Source of the DNA: a virus
Taxonomy: Duplodnaviria; Caudoviricetes
Virus record (IMG/VR): IMGVR_UViG_3300030095_005132
Coordinates: 30,233-94,232 of that record
DNA length: 64,000 nt
Reading direction: 5' to 3' (one strand)
Shown piece after piece: positions 48,907-58,800 of this stretch (positions within the stretch are counted from its first letter, which is position 1; every line of letters starts with the position of its first letter). Under the pieces are notes generated by a model. It was given only the letters and a program-made list of their open reading frames with translations. It did not search any database and was not told where the DNA came from. The position numbers and the translations under genes were made by a program.

Positions 48907-50462
48907 TGGCTCGTAAAAAACCAATACCTCGTTCTGCGAGAAAAGAAATTAATCGTGGAACATTGAGGTCTAGAGGATCGGATGAAACAAAGAACCTATC
49001 AGTTGGGTTAATGGATATTGATGGCGCTATTATGTTTTACTTTAATAATGTCATAAAGCCTGTCGTACAAGAAAATGATGAAAGTGTAAAAGTTCCTATT
49101 ATGTATTCTAATCCTGAAAGATGGAATACGATACAGAAGAATGGTTATCTGATAGATAATAAAAAGCAGCTTATAACACCTCTGATAGTCTTTAAAAGAA
49201 CTTCTATAGAAAAAGATAGTGATTTGGGTGTGGATAAATTAGATCCAAAAGACCCAAAACTATTTTACACTTTTCAAAAAAAATATTCTAAAGAAAATAG
49301 ATACGATAATTTTGCTGTACAACAAGGTTTAAATAAAACTAAAGAATTATATACAGTGGCTGTTCCTGATTATGTCACATTACAGTATGAATTTATTATT
49401 TGGACATCATATACAGAACAAATGAATAAGATAATTGAAAAAATTATTTTTAGTGAAGGTTCTTATTGGGGAGAGGATGGTAAGTTTAAATTCAGAACAT
49501 CTATAGATAATTATACAGATGCGAGCGAATTTTCTGTAAATTCTGAAAGAATTATAAAAACAAATTTTACAGTAACACTAAAGGGTTATTTAATACCTGA
49601 AGAATTTAATAATGTAGTTACAACACAAAAACATTTAACTCCAAAAAGAATATTAGTCGGTGATGATGTTAGTGTAAATCTAACGGACTTGGTTGGGGAT
49701 AAAGGTACAAGCGATGTCAAAATTTCAGTTAGTAATGTTGCAGCTGGTGGAGGTGGTTCATTAGAAAATCCTTTTAATATTGTAAGTGGACTTGGTGTTA
49801 CGGTAGATGGTGCTGGTCAGTTCGATGGTAGCGCTCAACAAACATTTACTTTTAATATAGGTCAGGATGTAGGAACCGACCAAACAGTTCAATTTGCTAA
49901 TATTAGTTCTTCAAATGCTCTTCATATAGGTCCTACTTCATTTGAAATATCTCAAAGGGATGATGGTAAGGCACAAGTAAATACAGACTGGGTTGTTTTG
50001 GGAGATATAATAGCACAAAATTTCATAGTATCTTCATCCACAACTCACATGACAACTTCTTTTAGCGAAGGTAATACAGCATTTGGTGATACTATTGACG
50101 ATACTCATATATTTTCAGGTTCAGTAAATATTACAGGTTCATTAACATTGAATGGTAGTGTAATCGCAGCTGCTAGTGACTCTGATTTGTATTTAAGAAA
50201 ACAATTTGTAAAGAAGGCTTCTTCTATAACTGTTCCGTCTACTGCTAGCTTTACAGCGGTAACTGCCTCATCACCTCCTGGTATTTTAAATACAACTGAA
50301 AACGATTTTGTATTTTTTATAAATGGTCAATATATGGAACACGATGCTTTAACCATACAACAAGCAGGTTCTAATCTTTTGTTAATAGTTGACACAGATA
50401 GTATAGGTTATGATTTAGAGGCTGATGATGAGATTATTGCTTCTGGTAAGTTCGATTCTTAA
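48906..50462 (+). CDS. tail terminator/completion protein (gp15-like) with C-terminal fibre-like extension
   Basis: KVPIMYSNPERW, PDYVTLQYEFIIWT..EQMNKIIE, FTVTLKGY in the N-half; Ser/Gly-rich C-half. Confidence 0.65.
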   Translation: MARKKPIPRSARKEINRGTLRSRGSDETKNLSVGLMDIDGAIMFYFNNVIKPVVQENDESVKVPIMYSNPERWNTIQKNGYLIDNKKQLITPLIVFKRTSIEKDSDLGVDKLDPKDPKLFYTFQKKYSKENRYDNFAVQQGLNKTKELYTVAVPDYVTLQYEFIIWTSYTEQMNKIIEKIIFSEGSYWGEDGKFKFRTSIDNYTDASEFSVNSERIIKTNFTVTLKGYLIPEEFNNVVTTQKHLTPKRILVGDDVSVNLTDLVGDKGTSDVKISVSNVAAGGGGSLENPFNIVSGLGVTVDGAGQFDGSAQQTFTFNIGQDVGTDQTVQFANISSSNALHIGPTSFEISQRDDGKAQVNTDWVVLGDIIAQNFIVSSSTTHMTTSFSEGNTAFGDTIDDTHIFSGSVNITGSLTLNGSVIAAASDSDLYLRKQFVKKASSITVPSTASFTAVTASSPPGILNTTENDFVFFINGQYMEHDALTIQQAGSNLLLIVDTDSIGYDLEADDEIIASGKFDS

Positions 50463-50502
50463 AAATAAATCCCAACTTCCACCTTTCTTTTACTATTTCT
50501 TG

Positions 50503-50511
50503 ATATTTATA
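50503..50511 (+). promoter_or_regulatory. candidate late promoter ATATTTATA
   Basis: Recurrent intergenic motif. Confidence 0.5.
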
Positions 50512-50514
50512 AGT

Positions 50515-50790
50515 ATGAGAAAACGTCATTGGAAAGATAGAAAAAATAGAAAATGTCCTGATTGTAGTAAAGTAATTTACTATTCCAGAAAAGATTCCTT
50601 TGATAGAGCAGTTGGTAATAATACAGTATGTAAATCTTGTGCACAGACGGATAGAAAATTAGCTTTGGCTACGATTGAAAAGATGAAACAACCTAAGACT
50701 GTAGAACATAAAAAGAAAATTTCCAAATCTATGAAGGTGAGATGGGAAACTTTGAAGAGAGAGAAGAAGCATGGCTTTATTAGACAGTAA
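50515..50790 (+). CDS. Zn-finger + NUMOD3-like small DNA-binding protein
   Basis: CPDC..CKSC followed by PKTVEHKKKISKS; likely start is ATG 50515. Confidence 0.6.
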   Translation: MRKRHWKDRKNRKCPDCSKVIYYSRKDSFDRAVGNNTVCKSCAQTDRKLALATIEKMKQPKTVEHKKKISKSMKVRWETLKREKKHGFIRQ

Positions 50791-51238
50791 ACAATTAAAT
50801 CCTAGACTCACAGGTTCATTTACCCTATCGGGTAGCTTAACCACGGATTCAGTTTCAACCGGCTCATTTGGTAGACTGGATGTATCGGGCAATTCAAGTA
50901 TTCTTGGTGACTTGACATTGGGCGGAAATATACAAATAGGAGATTCTTCTGGCGACTCTATAACCATAACTGCTGATTTAACTTCTAATCTAACTCCAAA
51001 TACAGATAGTACATTTGATTTAGGAACAACTTCTAAAAATTGGAGATTTGGTTACATAGAACAAATAGTCGGCGAAACAGTAACCACTACAGGTAATGTA
51101 AGTGGTTCTGTTACATCTACAGGCTCATTTGGAACATTAGAAACCGCTGGTGATATTAATGCTAGTGGAAGAATTTTTGAAAGTGGTACATCGGTAATAG
51201 ACCACGCAACAGCTATGGCTATAGTCTTTGGAGGATAA
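50771..51238 (+). CDS. short fibre-like structural protein
   Basis: Two STGSFG repeats; LTPNTDSTFDLG..W motif; ends ATAMAIVFGG. Confidence 0.65.
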   Translation: MALLDSKQLNPRLTGSFTLSGSLTTDSVSTGSFGRLDVSGNSSILGDLTLGGNIQIGDSSGDSITITADLTSNLTPNTDSTFDLGTTSKNWRFGYIEQIVGETVTTTGNVSGSVTSTGSFGTLETAGDINASGRIFESGTSVIDHATAMAIVFGG

Positions 51239-51240
51239 TA

Positions 51241-51567
51241 ATGGCTAATACATTTAAAAGTGCAGCTAGTGGTTCGACAACAACAATTCAAACATTGTAT
51301 ACTTGTCCAGCTGCCACTTCGGGAGTAGTACACGCAATTTATTTAAGTAATGTTGATGGTACAAATGATGCTACTATTGATGTATCTATTAGTGGTAGTG
51401 CTAATTTTGATGATAGAAGATACATATTAAAAACAGTGGATGTACCAGCAGACTCGACAGTAGTACTTGAGAAACCAATCAATTTGGGTGCTGGAGATAA
51501 ACTAGAAACCAAAGCTTCTGCTGATGGTGATATAGATGTCTTTGCAAGTATTTTAGAGATAACCTAA
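51241..51567 (+). CDS. small structural protein
   Basis: MANTFK..LYTCP..LSNVDG..VPADST..LGAGDKL beta-sandwich pattern; GGAGG SD. Confidence 0.65.
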   Translation: MANTFKSAASGSTTTIQTLYTCPAATSGVVHAIYLSNVDGTNDATIDVSISGSANFDDRRYILKTVDVPADSTVVLEKPINLGAGDKLETKASADGDIDVFASILEIT

Positions 51568-51568
51568 A

Positions 51569-52876
51569 ATGTCTAATTTAAAATATATTGGTAAGAATAT
51601 TTTAAATCATACCCTTGAGTCAAAAAGAGGTAATATAAGTGGTTCTGCTACTTCAACCGGTTCATTTGGACTAGTAGAAATAAGTGGAACAGACATAAAT
51701 CCATCCGGAGTTTCTCGTGACCAAGTTTTAAAATTTAATGGAACTAACTTTGTTCCTGCAGCTTTTGATGATACTTTTGTATTTACCATAGCAGATTTTG
51801 ATATGAACGACTCAACATCACCACAACTAATTGGTTCAGGTTCTTGGAAAGCAGCTGATGAACTTCAATTTACTGCGTCATATAATAATGGTCCGCCTGA
51901 TGGTTTTGAGGGAAGTTCTGCAGGAGCTCCAAAAATTCAAGGTTATGTAAACAGTTCGATAAGTAGTTCATATGATATGTTTCCATTAAGCTCTAGTTTT
52001 ACAATGGGAACAAATCCTATGGATATAACTTTTCCATTAACTACCGGTCATGATATAAGATTTAGATTGTTCGCTTCAGCTGGAAGCGATACTGATAATG
52101 AGTACACAGATCAAAGGATATATTTTAGAAATCAATTTGTTTATGGTGATATAAGCAAGAACAATGGATTCAATCAGGCAGATATAAGAACATTAGCAGC
52201 TGCCAATACAGTTACTACTAATGATACAACAAGAACACTATCGGTATCGGTTGGTGGTTCTAATTATTTAGCATTTGCACATAGAACTGGTGATACTAAT
52301 GTAGCACAAGTAAGGGCTGGTAGTGGAACTAATATATTAACAGTTGCTATGGATAGAACTGATGTTACTGCATTAACACCATTAAAAGAAACAGTAAGTT
52401 ATTTAAATACTGCTGGGTTTACAGAAAACTTTTTTGTGTATGCTAGTGCTATAGCTAATGTAGATGCACACTCAACAACATTTACCACAGTAACATCTAC
52501 ACAAAAGAAAAATTATATTATTTGGGGATTCGATGCACAAGCAGATAGTTATGATGAAAGTTTCTTAGAAACTTCAGGTGATTGGGATTCCTACAATGCG
52601 AACTCTTCGCTCGATGACGGAACAATTACAGGACAAACACTAAGTGTTGGTTCATTTACATCTAAATATGTTATAATAGCTTTTCCAGATAGATACGGAG
52701 ATAATGATTCAGAATTTGTATTTAAGGATAATGGTACAGGTTTACCATTTGATGTAACAAAACAAAGTGATGTAACAGTAACAAACGCGGTTGGATTTCA
52801 AGAAACATATCATGTTTGGAGATCGACTAATTTACTAACAATGTCAAACTTAACAGTTTTGATATCTACGGTATAG
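51569..52876 (+). CDS. structural/fibre-associated protein
   Basis: N-terminal ISGSATSTGSFG and QVLKFNGTNFVP fibre-like motifs; two internally similar C-terminal domains (N-x-x-GF-x-E-x-[FY]). Confidence 0.6.
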   Translation: MSNLKYIGKNILNHTLESKRGNISGSATSTGSFGLVEISGTDINPSGVSRDQVLKFNGTNFVPAAFDDTFVFTIADFDMNDSTSPQLIGSGSWKAADELQFTASYNNGPPDGFEGSSAGAPKIQGYVNSSISSSYDMFPLSSSFTMGTNPMDITFPLTTGHDIRFRLFASAGSDTDNEYTDQRIYFRNQFVYGDISKNNGFNQADIRTLAAANTVTTNDTTRTLSVSVGGSNYLAFAHRTGDTNVAQVRAGSGTNILTVAMDRTDVTALTPLKETVSYLNTAGFTENFFVYASAIANVDAHSTTFTTVTSTQKKNYIIWGFDAQADSYDESFLETSGDWDSYNANSSLDDGTITGQTLSVGSFTSKYVIIAFPDRYGDNDSEFVFKDNGTGLPFDVTKQSDVTVTNAVGFQETYHVWRSTNLLTMSNLTVLISTV

Positions 52877-52885
52877 GAAAATAAA

Positions 52886-55800
52886 ATGGCAGTAAAAGTA
52901 ACAGGACAATTTGAACCCGCTGGTGACTTTTCGATAGTAGATGGCTCAGATGTATCAGGAAATATTACTGGTAGTAATGTAAGTGCGAGTGGTACTGGTA
53001 CATTTAATACTATAGAAGCTAGTAATGTAGGAACTACTTTGGGAACTATGATTAGTGGTTCTACACCATTTAATGCTTCCGATGTAAGTGGTTCTTGGAG
53101 AGGAGAATTTTCCTCAAGTAATATGACAGTTGTTGGTGGTGGTATAAGTGGCTCTGCTGAATCAACAGGTTCTTTTGGTAGGATTGAATCCTCAACCGTA
53201 AATATTGGTTCGGCTGATATAACCGGTAACCTAACAGTAGCTGGTAACTATACAGTAAATGGAACAACCACATTCATATCAAGTTCTCAGTTAGATATCG
53301 GTGATAACATAATTCAAGTAAATTCTGTAAATCCCCTTAGATATGGTGGTATTCATGTAAAGGATGTAACTGCTGAAGAAACTGGTTCTTTAGTATGGGA
53401 TAGCACGAATGATTATTGGTTAGCTGGTCAATCAGGTTCGGAATATAGAATACCATTACAAGATTCAACATCCGATTTAACGGACAATAAAACTATAATC
53501 GCTGGTTCTAGCGGTAGATTAGAATCAGGTGATATTACGGATACTGGTGATAGCATCAGTATGACTTTGCCAGTAACCGCTTCTTCTAATTTAGAAGTTG
53601 CTGGAAACATAAGTGGTTCAGCAACCTCAACTGGTTCGTTTGGACATATTACAACTCCTGCTGGAATAAATGCTGTAGGACCTTTTACATTTCAGACAAC
53701 AGCAGCTGCCAACGATACAATATTTAGAACTGCGGGAACTTCTGGTTACCCACTTACATTAAGAAATAGTAATAATTCAGCAAGAATGTATTTTCAAACC
53801 AATGCTGGTGTTACTAATATTATAATGGATGGTAACAGTAAAAGTAATTTACTGAAATTATCAGCTGATGGTCTTACTGAAACAAGAGGTCAAGTTGGAA
53901 GTGCTCATGCTGATGGTAATTTAGAATTATATAGTAACAATGGTCTTAATAATTTAATTCTAAGTGCTTCAATGACTACAATAAGTGGTTCTGGAGATAC
54001 AACATTAGATGTTAAAGGTAATATTCTTAGTGAAGGAAACATAAGTGGTTCGGTTGCTTCAACTGGTTCGTTTGGTGTATTAGAATTGGTTTCAACCGAT
54101 GGGATGGCTAAATTTGATTTCACAAAAGGTACTAATAATTTTTCAATTGGATACGGAGGCACAGGACAGACTCTCACAACTGGAGCTGTTGGTAATGTAT
54201 TTCTTGGATATGGAGTCGGCAGTCAAGTAACGACAGGAGACCAGAATGTAGGACTTGGATATCAAGTTATTACTGGTGGAAATGCAACAGGAAATACTGC
54301 TGTTGGATATAGAGCGTTAAAAGCCATGAATTCAGGAATCGGAAATGTTGCGATTGGAAGACTAGCAGGAGATGCAGTACAAACAGGTAATTATAACATC
54401 GCAATAGGTCAAGGTACAGGTTTTACTGGCACAGGTGCAACAAACCAAATTGGAATCGGATATGATGTAACTGTACCAGGAGATAATCAAACTGTAATTG
54501 GTGCATCACCTCAAACTCATGTAATATTTGGTGGAAGTAACACATTGATAAGTGGTTCGGCTGCTTCAACTGGTTCGTTTGGTGATGGTAGATTTGCCTC
54601 TAAGGTAGGTATCGGTTTAGGTATTGCTACTGCATTATCAACTCCTCATAGTTATCTTGATGTCAGAGGTAATAATGTTACTCCGAGTAATGGTAATGGT
54701 AGTTATCACACAATGCAACTTATTGACACAACAGCGATGGCTGAAGGAGTTGGTGGTGGTATTGGATTTGGTGGAAAGTTTGTTGGAAACACAGATACTC
54801 TTTTTGGTGAAATCAGAGGACTCAAAGAAAATGGAACTTCAAATAATTATGCTGGAGCTCTAACATTTCAAACACGTGCTCATGGAGCTAATCTGATTGA
54901 ACAAGTTCGTATTGATAGTTCAGGTAATTTGGAGGCAGTTAGAGGAAACATAAGTGGCTCATCAACCTCAACCGGTTCGTTTGGAAGGGTTGAATCAAAT
55001 ACATTTGATGTTACAACTTTAACAAGCACAACAGTTACATCAACAAATCTTAATGTAACAGGTGAAATAACCGGATCTTCATTGGATATTAGTGGAAATA
55101 TGACTGGTAGTGCTAATTTAGAAGTAGCTGGAAACATAAGTGGTTCAGCAACCTCAACCGGTTCGTTTGGTGCTGTTTATGTGGATAATGCGATTGGATT
55201 GGGTATAACTAATCCAGGCTCTTATGTGGCAGATAATACACCCTTAGTTCTTGGAACTGGTGCTAATAACTCAACAGGCACTGGAGTAGCGATGATATCC
55301 GCTACAAATGGATATGGTAATCTGTATTTTGGAGACGGAACTGGAGTTAATACATACAGAGGTGCAATTCAATATTTTCATACTAGTGATAGTATGAAAA
55401 TATGGACAAGTGGAAATTTTAACTCTCCATCTCTTCTTTTAGATAATTCAAAAAATATAGAAATAGGTGGAAACATAAGTGGTTCATCAACCTCAACCGG
55501 TTCGTTTGGACATTTAGAACTTGCAAATAGAGATACGGATGCTAGTTTTGAATTTGGAAGAGCTCATATAGGATTTGTAGGATATTCCGATATGGCTGGA
55601 TTCAGTCATGTTGATAATGATTCTACCTCAAATTTCGCTTTAGCTCAAAGTGCCGCTGGTAAAACAATTGTACAAGCTAAAAGTGGTCAACCTATTGCCT
55701 TTAAAATAGGTGGTTCTGATAAGGTTCAAATAAATTCAAGCGGTGATCTAGGTATAGGTATAGAAACAGCATTACATAAACTTCATGTTGTCGGAGATGG

Positions 55801-58800
55801 ATTTTTTACTGGTAATGTAAGTGGTTCAGCAACCTCAACAGGTTCGTTTGGTTATTTAGAGATTGCAGATAGTGGTGGTTCACCAACAATTCATTTAAAT
55901 GAACCTGCCGGTGGTGGTGGAGATAGTGCAGTCAGAATGACAGAGGATGGTGGATTCAGAGGTGGTTTTATAAAGTATGACGGTGGCAATAATCTTCTAA
56001 AAATTGGTACACATGCAAACAACAACAGAACAGTTAGTGATGATATTACGGCAATAGAAATTACACGAAATGATGGGTATCCATATTTTAAAACAGCATA
56101 TGCATACCTCAATCAATACTTAGCTCACGAAGGAGATGACGATACCTACCTAAGATACCAAACAAATCAAATAGACTTATCTGCAGGTGGTAATATATTT
56201 GAAATAAATACTACATCTTTGAGTGGTTCATCAACCTCAACAGGTTCGTTTGCTAAAATCACAGCAGCTGATAGGATTGAGGTAAACGGGTCTGGTACAG
56301 GACAAGTTTATATTGGGACTACTTCTGGTCAAGTTGCATTACATGCTGCAAATGATAGTATCATTCAGGCAAATCATTTTCAATCTACACAAAATAGTAA
56401 CTCAGCAGTATTTTTATATGATGATAATGGTGTAGCTACGAGAATTCATGGTCAGAATCATGTAAGATTTACATTTGGATCTGCAGCATCTGGTTATGAC
56501 GACAGAACATTTTTTAAAGTAGCTAGTAGAAATTCCAATACTTATGCAGATACTTTATTGTCAGGAAGTTTACATATAACAGGATCTGGTGGAGACTTAG
56601 GAAGTGTAGTTTTAACAGGAAACGTAAGTGGCTCATCAACTTCAACCGGTTCATTCGGAACACTTCGTATTGATGGTGGTGTTATTGATTTTGATAATGC
56701 TAATAATACATTTATAGGAAAAAATTCTAAAAGTAGTGTAATAGATGGTGCAGATAGTAATACAGTTGTGGGAACAAATGCCGGCTCCGCTTTAACCAGC
56801 GGTGATGATAACACCCTAATCGGCTACAATGCGGGTAATGATTTAACCTCGGGTCATCAGAATACCTTGATAGGCTATACTGCAGGTGATAACATAACAA
56901 CTCAGCAGGGTAATGTCCTTATAGGAAAAAATACTGGTGGTACTGGTCAACAACTTAGTATATTAATAGGAAATGATACTGGTAGATTAATAGCTTCGGG
57001 AAATGGGACTGTTGGTATTGGACATAATACGCTATATTCTTTAAGCACTGGACAATTTAATACTGTAGTTGGGTATGACTCTATGCGTTTTGAAGTTGAT
57101 GGAGATCGTTCAACTGCTTTTGGGTATCAAACATTAAGGAGTCAAACAGGAACAGACGGAACTGTTGGGACAACTGCTCTTGGATATAAAGCTGGATATA
57201 ATGCAACAAGTGGTATACACAACATATTTGTAGGAGCTGACACGAACCCATCATCCGGTTCTAGTAATAATGAAATTGTAATTGGTTATGGTGTAACAGG
57301 ACTAGGAGACAATCAAACTGTTATTGGTAATTCATCACAAACCCATGTTGTATTCGGTGGAGATGCTCTAATAAGTGGTTCAGCATCCTCAACTGGTTCG
57401 TTTGGTGATGGTAGATTTGTCGGTAAGTTAGGTATCGGTGAAGAAACTGCACCTGATGAATTATTACACCTAAAACAAACAGGTAATGATTTTACAACAA
57501 TACAATTAGAAAGTACAAATGGTGGTACTGGTGCTGGTTCTCAGATTGATATGAATTTCAATGGTGCTCACTTTTACTTTATTAATCATGGTACTGGTAG
57601 AACTGCAACAAGATACGGAACAACTGTAGCCGGATTTGGAGAAATATTAGCACAAGATTCTAACTATGGTTTATTAATTGGAACTGGAACTAAGAACAAA
57701 CCGATAATTTTTGGTACTAATAATGCTGAAGTTATGAGAATTGAAGATGGAAAAGTAAGTGGTTCATCAACCTCAACTGGTTCGTTTGGACATTTAGAAC
57801 TTGCAAATAGAGACACAGATGCTAGTTTTGAATTTGGAAGAGCTCATATAGGTTTCATAGGATTTTCGGACATGGCTGGATTCAGTCATGTTGACCACAA
57901 TGGTACAGGTACTTTTGCATTAGCTCAATCAAGTGCTGGTAAAACAATTGTTCAAGCCGCTAGTGGTCAACCAATTGCTTTTAAAATAGGCGGTACTGAT
58001 AAAGTTCAAATAAATTCAAGTGGTGATTTGGGTATAGGTATAGAAACTGCATTACATAAACTTCATGTTGTTGGAGATGGTTTTTTTACTGGTAATGTAA
58101 GTGGTTCATCAACCTCAACCGGTTCTTTTGGTAGATTAGCAGTAGGAACTGCTACAATACAAATACCTTCAAATGGATTCATAACAATGGGTTCGTTGGA
58201 AGGTATGGTTATGAACACCCGATTTGGAAATAATGCAGGACAAAACTTACAAGCTGGTGGGACACAGAATGTAATCGTAGGAGAAGATGCCGGAGCTGCC
58301 CTAACAACGGGTGATACTAATGTGGCTGTAGGTTCAGAAGCACTAAAGGCTGCTACTGGAGATAGTAATAATGTTGCTATTGGTAGGAGGGCGCTTCATG
58401 ATTTAAATGCTACAAATGCGAGAAATGTTGCTGTGGGAACAGGAGCCGGCGATGGTATAACATCAGGAACTGAAAATGTTCTTTTAGGACATAGCACTAA
58501 TGCATCTGCTGTTGGTGGAGATAATCAGATAGCAATAGGTTCAGGTGTAACTGGAACAGGAGACAATCAAACTGTTATTGGTAATTCATCACAAACCCAT
58601 GTTGTATTCGGTGGAGATGCCCTAATAAGTGGTTCAGCAAAATCAACCGGCTCATTCGGTAGATTAGATGTAAGTTCATTTTCTTCTGCTACTGCTACGA
58701 TAATTAGTGGCTCAACCAACCCAACAAGCGTAAGTGGCTCTTGGAGAGGAGAACTTTCTTCGAGTACTATGGCTGTTGTGGGTGGTGGTGTAAGTGGCTC

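Noticed and set aside
50425-50514. Hydrophobic N-terminal extension of the 121-aa ORF as a signal peptide
   Set aside because: It overlaps the upstream gene and the promoter-containing gap; ATG 50515 is the more plausible start
55478-58640. Duplicated segments as a diversity-generating retroelement TR/VR pair
   Set aside because: Mismatches are not adenine-specific, both copies are in-frame coding sequence, and no reverse transcriptase is in the window
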